Source: Candidatus Zipacnadia bacterium (lineage in GTDB: Bacteria; Armatimonadota; Zipacnadia; Zipacnadales; UBA5352). Taken from it: a DNA stretch of 58,963 bases. Location of the stretch: the NCBI GenBank assembly GCA_029820045.1, contig JALGVE010000001.1, forward strand, positions 1 to 58,963, read 5' to 3'. Every line of letters begins with the position of its first letter. Within the stretch, counting starts at the first letter, position 1. Below, in pieces: positions 38,308 to 47,700 of this stretch. The notes beneath the pieces are model-generated. The model had not been told where the DNA came from. It saw only the letters and a list, made by a program, of their open reading frames with translations, and made no database searches. Position numbers and translations under genes: made by a program.

Positions 38308-40179
38308 TCAGAACCCGTAGAACTTCAGATAAGGGCTGTTGATCGCCCACGAGATGCCGAGGTCCTGATAGAAGGCCTCCAGCGCCTCCTGTCCCGCCTC
38401 CATGGCCTCTTTCTGCGTCTCATCTCCGGCCCGCACCGCCGCCCTCGCCAGCCGGTAGTCGCGGTGCACCCGCGCGTAGTCAATCGCGGTCTGCAGGAAG
38501 TCAATGCGCGCCAGGATCGCCTCATCCGCAGCCGCCTTCTCGCGCGCAGCATCGAGGTGGCCCTGCAACTCGGCCAGGAACTCATCGGTGTAGTAACCGG
38601 CGAGGAGCTCGGTTGACTTCTTGCGTCCGAAGTATTCGCTGCTCTCGTAGACCTGGTCGGTCAGCCGCTCCAGGGCGTCGAAGTACTGCCGGACCTCCCC
38701 CGCCGCTGGCCCCCAGCCCGCCTGGCAGTAGTCATCTATGATGGCGTCGGGATCGGCGTCAGGGTCCCACAGCATCTCGGCCAGCACGTAGTAGGTCAGG
38801 CCCTTGAGCGCCCAGTGCTGGTAGCAGCAGTCGAAGTCGGTCACGGTCAGCCCGCTGTCCACGAGCATAGCCAGGTCGGTCCCCAGGCGCTTTGCGAAGT
38901 TCACCGGGAAGCTCATGCCGCCGCCGAGCAGGTTCGGCCGCCAGAAGGTCCGGCTGGCCTTCTCGGCCCAACCGTTCCAGCGCTGCATGTCGGCGTCATG
39001 CGACTCGCGGTTGAGGTAGTTCAGGCCGACGAAGCCGATGATGACGTTCGGCTCCAGCTCAGCCGCCACCGGCACCGTGCGATAGGCGCTGTAGGCGTAC
39101 GCGCCCAGGTAGCGGCCCGGGCACTCCTGCGCCACGAGGCGCGCGATCGCCGAGTAGAACTTGACGTAGCGGTCGCTCAGCGACACATGCTGCTTATGCC
39201 CGGTCTCCGGCCACCAGTACTCGATTATCTCCCCGTCGGGGGCATCCCAGGCCTCGCAGTTCGGGCAGGTGCAGAAGGTCAGCGGGCCGCCGTCGTTAGG
39301 GCTGATGGAGGCGCAGTCCAGGTCGGGGTTTGCCTTGAGCTGCTCGATCTTGTCGCGCGCTATCTGCTCGATGAGCCCCTGGTTCGAGACGCATAGCCGC
39401 GCCCGGCCTGGACTCTTGCTCTGGTCGCGCGTGCCATCGGGCTGGAGCGCGAACCAGTCCGGGTGCTCGGCGCCGAACCTCTCCCAGTACTTTCCGTAAG
39501 CGTGGCCGTAGCTGCCCCGGAAGGAGCCACCGATGCGGTGACGAGCGAACCAGGGCTTGCCTTCGTTGTGCACGGCGTCGAACTGCTCCTTCGTGAAGCC
39601 GAGCTTGTCGAGGCCGCGCTGCACGCGCTCGTTCCACTGGATGTTGCGGATCTTGCGCTGGAGCAGCGGCGGCGTGTAGCTGATATTCAGGTCCGCCGGG
39701 ACGGTCACGGTCTTGTGCTTGGGAATCACTGTGCCCAGCTCGCCCGGCCACAGCCAGCGCACACCGAGGACCTCCTCCAGGAACGTATAGGCAGCCCAGA
39801 GCGTGCCGCGCAGCTCGGTGCCGCCGGGCTTGGCGTCATCGCCGATGATGACGAGGTTATCGCCCTGGACCTTGACGACGATCTGCTCCAGGTCGAAGTC
39901 GTCGGAGTTGAGCCCCAGCCCCGCGGTCAGGCTGCTGTCGCCGACAAGGACGCAGAAGCCTTCGGGAACTTTGCCCTCGGCGACGATGGGGATTTGCGCG
40001 CCGGACATCTCGCGCAGGTGGAACTGAAGCGCCACCGCCGCTTCCTTGGCTGAGGCCGTCGGCTCAGCCGCGAGCACAATGGCGCAGGTGGGCTGCCCGT
40101 CCTGCACGAGCGTCAGGTCGGCGAGGGCGCAGCCAGCGGAGAGCATAGCGATGAGGAACACCATCATACCGAACTTCAT
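38308..40179 (-). CDS. DUF4838-like secreted glycoside-hydrolase-like protein
   Basis: GGAGG RBS before the ATG at 40179. Signal peptide MKFGMMVFLIAMLSAGCALA. The N-terminus (LVQDGQPTCAIVLAAEPTASAKEAAVALQFHLREMSGAQIPIV) and the FCTCPNC motif are typical of DUF4838. Confidence 0.6.
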   Translation of the reverse strand: MKFGMMVFLIAMLSAGCALADLTLVQDGQPTCAIVLAAEPTASAKEAAVALQFHLREMSGAQIPIVAEGKVPEGFCVLVGDSSLTAGLGLNSDDFDLEQIVVKVQGDNLVIIGDDAKPGGTELRGTLWAAYTFLEEVLGVRWLWPGELGTVIPKHKTVTVPADLNISYTPPLLQRKIRNIQWNERVQRGLDKLGFTKEQFDAVHNEGKPWFARHRIGGSFRGSYGHAYGKYWERFGAEHPDWFALQPDGTRDQSKSPGRARLCVSNQGLIEQIARDKIEQLKANPDLDCASISPNDGGPLTFCTCPNCEAWDAPDGEIIEYWWPETGHKQHVSLSDRYVKFYSAIARLVAQECPGRYLGAYAYSAYRTVPVAAELEPNVIIGFVGLNYLNRESHDADMQRWNGWAEKASRTFWRPNLLGGGMSFPVNFAKRLGTDLAMLVDSGLTVTDFDCCYQHWALKGLTYYVLAEMLWDPDADPDAIIDDYCQAGWGPAAGEVRQYFDALERLTDQVYESSEYFGRKKSTELLAGYYTDEFLAELQGHLDAAREKAAADEAILARIDFLQTAIDYARVHRDYRLARAAVRAGDETQKEAMEAGQEALEAFYQDLGISWAINSPYLKFYGF

Positions 40180-40253
40180 TTGTGGCGACCTCCGGGAGTT
40201 CCGGTGTGATTGCGTCGGGCGCTGGTCAAGTCCGCAGCGGGCATTGCACCCAT

Positions 40254-40631
40254 TCATTCGCCCTGCCTTTCCAGGTATTGCACGCCCGGCAGGTCGGCGA
40301 AGTCAGCGTCGCTGGTCACTAACAGGGCGTCATGGTGCCTCGCGGTGGCGTAGACGACGGCGTCCGCCGTGGCGAGGCCGTGCTCCAGGCTCAGGTCGGC
40401 CGCCTCAAGGGCCAGTTGGTCGTCGAGAGGCACAAGGCGCGCCGACTTGAGGCGGGCCGCTGCTTCTAATGCGACCTGCTCGGAGATCTCGCGGCACAGG
40501 AGCTTGTATACCTCGTAGAGCACGATGCTTGGGACCAGCAGATCCGGGGCACTGACGTACTCCGCGTAGGCATCCGCGAGGGGCCCGTCGGTCAGATGTT
40601 CGATCCAGCCAGAGGAGTCGACCAGGGTCAA
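40254..40631 (-). CDS. vapC: PIN-domain ribonuclease toxin VapC
   Basis: 125 aa. N-terminal LVDSSGWIE with conserved Asp, and later acidic residues (TSD). The TTG start overlaps the vapB stop (TTGA). Confidence 0.8.
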   Translation of the reverse strand: MTLVDSSGWIEHLTDGPLADAYAEYVSAPDLLVPSIVLYEVYKLLCREISEQVALEAAARLKSARLVPLDDQLALEAADLSLEHGLATADAVVYATARHHDALLVTSDADFADLPGVQYLERQGE

Positions 40632-40837
40632 AGCCGATCCACCTTCTCGCGCAGCCCCTCGGTGTTAGCGCCACGGGCTATGCCGCGGAGTTCATTCAAC
40701 TCGCGCACCGGCACCAGCGAGATGATGCCGCCCTTCTCTATCACCATCAGCTTCTGGCCGGGCTTGAGGCCCATGCGCTCCCGCACCCTCTTCGGGATGA
40801 CGACCTGATACTTGCTGGAGACGGTAACCTCATCCAT
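40628..40837 (-). CDS. vapB: AbrB/SpoVT-type antitoxin VapB
   Basis: MDEVTVSSKYQVVIPKRVRERMGLKPGQKLMVIEKGG is a swapped-hairpin AbrB-fold signature. GGAG RBS. The start at 40837 lies downstream of the predicted promoter. Confidence 0.8.
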   Translation of the reverse strand: MDEVTVSSKYQVVIPKRVRERMGLKPGQKLMVIEKGGIISLVPVRELNELRGIARGANTEGLREKVDRL

Positions 40838-40877
40838 TCGATCCACGCTCCGTAAGACGGTATCTCTAACGATACGC

Positions 40878-40906
40878 ATCCTATCTTGCGGAGATGTGGC
40901 TGTCAA
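40878..40906 (-). promoter_or_regulatory. vapBC promoter with downstream palindromic operator candidate
   Basis: On the minus strand: TTGACA (40906-40901), 17-nt spacer, TAGGAT (40883-40878). The palindrome GTATC-gttaga-GATAC follows just downstream. Confidence 0.6.
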
Positions 40907-41012
40907 CATGCTCTCCGGGCATGTGCTCGCGTGGCGCCTCCTTGCGGATTGCGGCAGGAGGCCGCCTCCCTGCGCGGCTTCATCGAGGATCCGACAGTCC
41001 GCACGGGGGAAC

Positions 41013-41288
41013 TCACTTGGCCTCTTGCAGTTGCCTGATCCCGCGCTTGATGAGCCCGCGGGCGAGGGTCTGGTAGGGCGTATCCAGCTTCTCGGCCAAT
41101 ACCTTCAGCTCCTCGATGACGCTCGGCTCGATGCGCAGCGTTACCCGCTTTTTCTTCTCGGGCTTGATGTCCCAGATGATGTCGTCAGCGGGCCCGTCGT
41201 CGTAATCCTCGATGCGGTGGGTGTCCCAGAACTCCAGTTCTTCCTCTTCGCTCTTGAAGTCCGGTATGTACTTTCTTGGCATGGTCAC
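41013..41288 (-). CDS. brnA: BrnA-like antitoxin (ribbon-helix-helix C-terminus)
   Basis: 91 aa. EEELEFWDTH...KRVTLRIEPSVIEELKVLAEKLDTPYQTLARGLI is typical of BrnA. GGAGG RBS. It starts 3 nt after the brnT stop. Confidence 0.7.
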   Translation of the reverse strand: MTMPRKYIPDFKSEEEELEFWDTHRIEDYDDGPADDIIWDIKPEKKKRVTLRIEPSVIEELKVLAEKLDTPYQTLARGLIKRGIRQLQEAK

Positions 41289-41291
41289 CTC

Positions 41292-41537
41292 CTACTTTCT
41301 TTGGTACGCCGTGACAACCATAGCTGTGTCTCCCCTGGTGCCGAAGACGACGGTCAGCAAGCGCCCGGCGTGCGTCCGACCGTGGACGTAGTACCGCTGC
41401 TGACCACGTACCTTTCGCCCGCGACGTATCCGGGGAGTGCTGGCCATCACCTCCTCAACCTCCTGCCACTCGACGTTGTGCTTCTCCAGCATGTGCTCGC
41501 GGGCGCGGGCGCTTGCCGTCCAGCGCCGTATGTTCAT
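41292..41537 (-). CDS. brnT: BrnT-like (DUF497) ribonuclease toxin
   Basis: 81 aa starting at the ATG at 41537, with an AGGAG RBS. The size, toxin-first gene order and pairing with BrnA fit the BrnTA family. Confidence 0.6.
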   Translation of the reverse strand: MNIRRWTASARAREHMLEKHNVEWQEVEEVMASTPRIRRGRKVRGQQRYYVHGRTHAGRLLTVVFGTRGDTAMVVTAYQRK

Positions 41538-41556
41538 ACTCAGTCTCCTGTGCGTC

Positions 41557-41585
41557 AGTATAGCCGTGTCGTGACGCCGTGTCAA
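41557..41585 (-). promoter_or_regulatory. brnTA promoter, near-consensus, with direct repeats in the spacer
   Basis: On the minus strand: TTGACA (41585-41580), 17-nt spacer, TATACT (41562-41557). GACACGGC occurs twice across the -35 and spacer. Confidence 0.65.
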
Positions 41586-41627
41586 TACCCAAGCGCGTTC
41601 GAGCAGCGCTGCCGGGAGGCGCTCGGC

Positions 41628-42767
41628 TCAGTAGTCCCTCAGCTTTTCGAACTCGTCGAGCATCGCCATGAAGTTGTCGTACTTGGTCCCCCACGCAATG
41701 CTGTGAGAGGAGCCAAGCAGGAAGCCGCCGCCGGGCTTGGCCTTCTCCATCGCCCGCCGCACGTCTGCGCGCACGTCATCCGGCGTGCCAGCAACGAGGT
41801 TGGCCACGTTGACGCCGCCCCAGACGGCCATCTGATTGCCGGCCATATCCTTGATCACCCATGGGTCCATCCCTGCCTCAGGATGCATTGACTGATAGCA
41901 ATCAATGCCGGCTCCGACCAACTGATCGAGGATCGGCTTGTTGTCGCCGCAACTGTGCTGGAAGAAGTCCAGCCCTAGCTCATGAGCGCTCGCGACGTTA
42001 AACTCGACCGCGGGCAGAAAGAGCCTGCGGAAGTCCGCAGGAGAGACGAAAGTGCCCGTCGTGTGCCCGAAGTCGTTCTCATTCATAACTCCGTGGAAGC
42101 CGCGGTTGTGCCAAAGCTCTTGCGCTTTGCGGGCGCGCGCAATGCCGGCTTGCACCGCTCGCTCGACGATCTCCGGGTGCATCGCGACCTCGACCAGGCC
42201 GCGCTCGTAGCCGCCCAGCAGCACCTGCTCCTGTGCCATGGGGTAGCGGCCGATGATGTATTTGTCCTTGGGAAGCTTGGGTAGCACTGCGTCGAAGACC
42301 TCGTAGGTGCTCTCATCCTCGGGCCCGACCTCGGGGTCAAGGTTGAAGTCCTCAAGTTTGTACTCGCGATCCCACATGTGAGGGTCCTCGACCACGTGAA
42401 TCTCGTTAGTTATCTCCGAGAGCTTGTAGACACGATCCGCACTGTCGCGCCATACGCCCTCGGCTATCTTCTCTGGTGGGTTGGGATCGTAGTCTTTCGG
42501 CGGTACCATGGCGATCTTGGACAGGTACACGACGTCGAGGATGTCGAGCTTCTGGTAGAGCTCCGGGATATCCTGAATAAGGCTAGCGACCACCTCGTCC
42601 CGGCGGCCCTCCCAGAGGGCGACGCGCGTGCCAGCCTTATCGCGGATGAAAGTCTTGTGGCCGATGATCCGCGAGACCGTATCACAGTCAATGGCGTAGT
42701 TGCCAAGCGGAACCTTGTCCGGCTCCTCGAAGTTGAGGGTAGCCTTGACGCGCTCGATAGAGGTCAT
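41628..42767 (-). CDS. Uroporphyrinogen decarboxylase (URO-D)-like family protein
   Basis: 379 aa from the ATG at 42767 (AGGAG RBS). The N-terminus MTSIERVKATLNFEEPDKVPLG is typical of URO-D-like/MtaA-like proteins. The 131-aa upstream ORF extension is repeat DNA. Confidence 0.7.
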   Translation of the reverse strand: MTSIERVKATLNFEEPDKVPLGNYAIDCDTVSRIIGHKTFIRDKAGTRVALWEGRRDEVVASLIQDIPELYQKLDILDVVYLSKIAMVPPKDYDPNPPEKIAEGVWRDSADRVYKLSEITNEIHVVEDPHMWDREYKLEDFNLDPEVGPEDESTYEVFDAVLPKLPKDKYIIGRYPMAQEQVLLGGYERGLVEVAMHPEIVERAVQAGIARARKAQELWHNRGFHGVMNENDFGHTTGTFVSPADFRRLFLPAVEFNVASAHELGLDFFQHSCGDNKPILDQLVGAGIDCYQSMHPEAGMDPWVIKDMAGNQMAVWGGVNVANLVAGTPDDVRADVRRAMEKAKPGGGFLLGSSHSIAWGTKYDNFMAMLDEFEKLRDY

Positions 42768-42820
42768 ATCGTTCTCCTGTGGGACATCGGGAATAGGCAC
42801 AACGCGCGGGATATGATCCC

Positions 42821-42995
42821 GCGCCTCCGGACCCATGGCGTGCGTGCAGTTCGGAGCGCCTCCAGCCCGGTGGTGTGCGTGCAGTTCGGGGCGCCTCCGG
42901 CCCCGTGGCGTGCGTGCGGTTCGGAGCGCCTCCGGCCCCGTGGCGTGCGTGCGGTTCGGAGCGCCTCCGGCCCCATGGCGTGTGTGCGGTTCGGA
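42821..42995. repeat. Tandem array, five copies of a 35-nt unit
   Basis: Units start at 42821, 42856, 42891, 42926 and 42961. Consensus GCGCCTCCGGCCCCGTGGCGTGCGTGCGGTTCGGA. Copies 3 and 4 are identical and the others differ at 1-5 positions. There are no spacers between units. Confidence 0.9.
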
Positions 42996-43140
42996 GCGAC
43001 GGGATCGCATCCCGTCGGGGGCGGCGCGAGCCGCCCATCGTTTGGCGGCTTCCCGTTTCTCGAAGGGGAGAAGGCCATCTGCCCCCACGGAGAAGTAAGG
43101 AGTAATGGCAACCGGGCCGGGGCCGCCGGAGGGCGCGCAT

Positions 43141-43236
43141 AGTAGGACAGGTGCCCCCACCTGTCCATCCTTGGGACAGACGAGGGCGTCTGTCCTACTA
43201 TAGGTCCGGCAGTGCGACAGGTGCCCCCACCTGTCC
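43141..43236. repeat. Composite hairpin repeats of the GGACAG family
   Basis: GGACAGGTG-cccc-CACCTGTCC (43145-43166); GGACAGACG-aggg-CGTCTGTCC (43174-43195). The outer arms AGTAGGACAG/CTGTCCTACT are inverted. A second copy GACAGGTGCCCCCACCTGTC lies at 43216-43235. Confidence 0.8.
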
Positions 43237-43320
43237 AGCGCACACGAGTTGGGTGATGACGACCGGGCCGGAAGCGCGGGCTGTGACCGCAGCGATTCCG
43301 GCCCGGCGGATGGTCGTCGG

Positions 43321-44499
43321 CTACTCCGCGATGGCGCTGACCGTCGGCGGGTAGGCGAAGTCGAAGTAGCGGTCGCTGACCTTGGCCTCCACGTTGTCGC
43401 CCGCGTGGACGTAGACGCGGTAGACGAAGTTCAGCGAGGCGCCCCTGGGCATCACGTAGTCCCCACGCTTGGACTGATCCCCGGTGAAATACGAGTACCC
43501 CCAGCAGTTGGCTGTGAAGAGCCCGTAGGAGCGCACGTGCCAGGTCGTCGGGTGACGCAGGTTGAAGGGCGAGTCGAAGATGGTCAGACCGCACCTGGTG
43601 CCCTCGATCTCGCCGAAGTAGTCAACCCAGGGCGAGGGCTTGCCCCAGTTCTCCGCCTCGTGCAGGCCCCCGTAGGCGTTGATGATGGTGCCGCCGTTTC
43701 TCTCATGCAGCGGCGTGTTCATGCGCACTGACAGCGTGCCGGCCTCCTTGGTGTCTCCGATGTGAATGCCGCACTCGGTGGCCGCCAGGGTGATGTCCCA
43801 GTCCATCAGCCGCCCGCCCTCGGGCATGTTGTAGACGGTAAGGATGGTGTGGTCCTCCATGAACTTGGTTCCCTTGGGGTCCACCCAATCGTTAATGGCC
43901 TTGATGCGGGCGAAGATGGGACCCTGGTTGAGGACCTCGACGCTCTGGTTGCGGATGAAGGAGTGCCCCTCCATCTCGCTCCAGTTATCGTTGCCATTGA
44001 CCTCGCCCAGCGCCACGTACATGGACTTGTGGTGCGGGTGGTCCGTCTTGGCGTACTCGGTCATCTCAACGCCGTTCGGGCCGTAGACCGGGTACGCGTT
44101 CGGGCGGACGAAGTCCGTGGAGAAGTTGTACCGCGTGAAGGTCTCGCCATTGATCTTGAACTCGGCGGACTCGCTCTCGATCAGGTCAACTGTGACCTCG
44201 CCCGCGCCAGACGCCTCTTGCGCCTCATCGAGGATGCAGTAGCGCCTGGTCTCGCCGGCGGCAAGTGCGGGGACCACCCAGGCGACGAAGCAGTTGCCGC
44301 CCTCGTCCCCGGAGCATTCACCGGGAGCGGCGGTACACTGCATCGGTACGAGGTCGCCGAGGTTGCCGCTCGCGTCCACCTCGCGCAGCGAGTGCCCTTC
44401 GTGCTCGGCGGGCACACAGGCGTAGGCGGCATAGACCACCGTGTTCTCGCGGTCGTGATTCCCAGCGTTAACTTCCACGATCGTTCCATCATGGCTCAT
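43321..44499 (-). CDS. PmoA-like (DUF6807) family protein
   Basis: AGGAGG RBS. The block TDHPHHKSMYVALGEVNGNDNW and following pattern resemble the DUF6807/PmoA family common in glycan-degrading bacteria. Confidence 0.55.
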   Translation of the reverse strand: MSHDGTIVEVNAGNHDRENTVVYAAYACVPAEHEGHSLREVDASGNLGDLVPMQCTAAPGECSGDEGGNCFVAWVVPALAAGETRRYCILDEAQEASGAGEVTVDLIESESAEFKINGETFTRYNFSTDFVRPNAYPVYGPNGVEMTEYAKTDHPHHKSMYVALGEVNGNDNWSEMEGHSFIRNQSVEVLNQGPIFARIKAINDWVDPKGTKFMEDHTILTVYNMPEGGRLMDWDITLAATECGIHIGDTKEAGTLSVRMNTPLHERNGGTIINAYGGLHEAENWGKPSPWVDYFGEIEGTRCGLTIFDSPFNLRHPTTWHVRSYGLFTANCWGYSYFTGDQSKRGDYVMPRGASLNFVYRVYVHAGDNVEAKVSDRYFDFAYPPTVSAIAE

Positions 44500-44767
44500 A
44501 CGAAGTCTCCTCCTTGGTTGTCAGCAACACGCTCCCCGGGCATCCGGGGTCGGGTTGTCTCTCTTTAGGCACGTCACGCAGTATTCGCGCCGGGTGCGCC
44601 TTCTCCTCCTCTTCCCAGTCGAGGGCTTGCATCCGTTCAGCGTCCGGTCGCGCGGTTTGTCGTGCGGCCCCTCCGCTTCACGGCATTGCCTCGAGGCGAG
44701 ATCATCCGCCGCCGCTCGGGCGCTGAATGCGTACGAGGCTGACCCTCTGCCGCCGCTCGCCGCGTGC

Positions 44768-47700
44768 TCACTCGACCAGCAGTACGTCCACGCCGTACGG
44801 CTTGATCTCCCGTTCGTACGCCTTGCCGGCGACCTGGACGGTCGCTTCGAGGGCCTCGGCCTTGAAGTTCATCAGCAGCACCAGGACCTCGCCGTCCTTT
44901 TCGAAGGCAGCCCAGTTGGGCGGCTCCACGCCGGTCACCTCGACCTTGTCGTCACAACGCTGAGACAGCTTGAAGTAGTCCTCGTACTTCGCGATGATCT
45001 CGGCCGCTTCGGAGGTCGCGTAGAACGCGCCGCCGTCCATCGAGGCAAGCTGCCAGAACAGGACGCCCTTACAGCCGCTCTCCACGTACTGGCGCAGGAC
45101 ACGGTTGCGCCACGTCTCCATGCGCGGAGCGGGGCGGGCGTCGTCATTGTGCGAGAGATACCACATCTCGCCGCCCATGAAAGGCACGTCGCCGAGGGCC
45201 CCGACGGTATCGTAGATGCGCGTGCGGTCGCCGCCGTAACCGGCGATACCGAAGTCCAGGTGCGGGGCCATGAGCGCCCAGTCGACTCCGTAGTGCTCCT
45301 TGGTGCGCTGGGACTGATAGCCGGAGTAAACCGAGAACTCGATGGACCGGTCGGCCTTGCTCAGGATCTCCTTGATGCGTCCGGCCATCTCGGCGTTCTG
45401 CGCGCAGCGGAAGTCGGTCCACTGCTCGCGGTAGTCCTTCAAGATGGTGTCGGGATCAAGCGGCGCGTCCTCGGGGAGGTTCGCGAACTTGCGGAAGGCC
45501 GCCTGGCAGCGGTCGCAGGTGCAGAAGGTGGGTGGGTCCACGACCGGCTGCTCCAGGTCCCAGTTGGCGCCGAAGTACGGCTCGCCGTTGACGGTCTCGA
45601 GCAGCCATTCTCCTAGGGCCTCGATGACCTCGTCGCCCTCGGCCAGCATCCAGGTCGGGCAGAAGGTATGACTGATGCGCTTGCCCTGGAAGTCCACGGC
45701 CTGAAGCTCCGGGTGCTCCTCGATGAACCCCCTCATGCTGCTGGGCGGGCTCCAGGGGTCCCAGCCGATGCTCAGTATGACCCGGTGTCCGCGCGGCAGC
45801 AGGTGCGGCACCACGTTGTTCGCCGCCTTACCGTAGGTCCAGGTGATGCCGGAGGCCCAGCAGTTCTCGGCGTAGGCGCGGCCCACCTCGTCGCTCTTGA
45901 AGCGGGAGCTGTAGTAGCATGGGCACAGGCGTGCGCGCTTGGGCCGCACGTTCTTGAGCGGCGGCAGGATCACGACACGGCTGCGTTGCGGCAGCTCGGT
46001 CAGCGCGCCGCCGAGCGCCTCGAAGTACGTGTAGACCGGGAACTCCCTTTCGTCCATCTCCTCCGGGGCCTCGAAGAGCAGGCCGCACAGCGGCTTGGCG
46101 CTGGGCGAGCCGAGGTTCTCGCACTTGACGTCCAGCTCGATGACGTATTCCTTGCCCTGCTCGACCGGCACCACGTCCTCCTTGTCCACCCAGAGAGCCT
46201 GCTGCTTGTTGGCGTTCTGGGGCGTGGAGACGATCTTGCAGCACCTTGAGCCGTCTGGGCCCTCCGGCTTGAGTATCCAGTGACCGCCCCATTCCGGCTC
46301 ATCGAAGGTCCCCATCTTCAGCAGGTTCTCCTGGCTGTCCTTCTCCCGGAAGACGAGGTTGTCCACCCAGAAGGTTCCGGTGATGCCACGGTTCTGCCAC
46401 TTGATGATAAGCGGATGCGCACTTACCGCGCCCGGCGGGGGAGTGAGCACCATGGACATATGCCGCCAGTCGCAGGTTCCGCCTGCCCGCAGCGTCGGCA
46501 TGTACATGAGGGTGGTCCCGGCCTCGTTGCCCCAGCGCATGGAAAGCTCCATGCCCGGGCGCGGGATGCTCTCGTACGCGACGGCGTAGCGGGCCATCTG
46601 CGTCTCGCCATCCTGGAAGGTCCCGGTCAGGGTCACCTGAGGATCACCGCCGCTCACCGGCTCGACCGCGATGTACTTGAGCGGGGCCGGCACCTCGACG
46701 ACCATGCGGTACTTCTCCGAGGGCACCTCCATCGGGGCATGCACGTAGAACCTCATAAGCTGCTGACTGCCGCGAGGGAGATAGAAGGTATCGAGCTTCG
46801 GGAAAAGCTGCGGCCTGCGCTCGGCCACGTAGAGGCCGCAGGCGAAGTAAACCTGCTTCGACTTGTCGGGCGTCCAGATACCCCCCTCGTCGGAACGGGC
46901 GGGGACCCAGCCCTCCCGAGGGAGTTGCTCGCGCCAGCCCTCCGCGGGCGTCTCGGTCTTGCACTGCCAGACGAGCGCCACGGGTCGGTCACCGACAGCA
47001 ATGTGCGGGCTGAGGGTCGGCGCCTCACCGGTCGCCGACGCCTCCAGCGCAAGGACGTTGAGGCCGCCGCCGAGTTCGAGGGCGATCGGCTCCGTGCCTA
47101 CCTCCAGCGGCGTCCCGTTCAGGAAGGCCTTGGCCTCCGCGTCGCGCGCAGCGAGGGACAGTTGGGCGATGGCCGCCCCCACGGCCTGCGGGATCGGCGC
47201 TGAACGCAGCAGTACGCGCTTGCCCTGTTGCAGCGCATAGCTGACCTCGGCTTGCCCCGTTTCGAGAGCCCTATCCGGCAACTCCACCTGCAGGCTATGT
47301 GGGCGGGCGCCGTGCGCGGCCGCGGACTTGCTCTCTTCGCCGGCCTTGATGACCGCCTGAAACGCGGACAGGTCGTTGGCCGCGCCGGCGATGACAGCTC
47401 TGAACTGAAAGCCGCGGTCCTGGCGCTGTAGGCTGACCTCACTGAGGGCGGGGCCGGTCTCCGCGAAGCTGAGAGTGCCGAAGGTCTCAGGCTGATAGAA
47501 GGCGCCCTGCAGACCGCACCAGGTTGACAGCTCCTTGACCGCGGTGCGCTCGCGCGCGAAGTTGACGCGCCACGCACCCTCCGGCTGGGCGGCCAGCGCC
47601 GCGAACGGGATGGCCATCTCCAGGACGTAGCTCTTCGGTCCACGCTTCGCCACGCACTGCCATGCGCAGTCCCACTCGGCGTCCTGGTTCCTGGCCTCGT

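Noticed and set aside
37467-38616. Plus-strand ORFs 37467..38228 (253 aa) and 37741..38616 (291 aa) in the long gap.
   Set aside because: They have implausible composition (Arg/Pro/Ser/Cys-rich) and no RBS. The second runs antisense into the well-supported DUF4838-like gene. The interval is treated as non-coding pending RNA or pseudogene searches.
42821-42995. The 35-nt repeat array considered as a CRISPR array.
   Set aside because: The repeats are directly abutting with no spacers, there are only five copies, and no cas genes are in the window.
42768-43160. N-terminal 131-aa extension of the URO-D-like ORF (ORF-track start at 43160).
   Set aside because: The extension is made of the 35-nt tandem array and hairpin repeats, and the 35-nt period is not divisible by 3. 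A canonical AGGAG RBS precedes the ATG at 42767, which gives the family-typical N-terminus.
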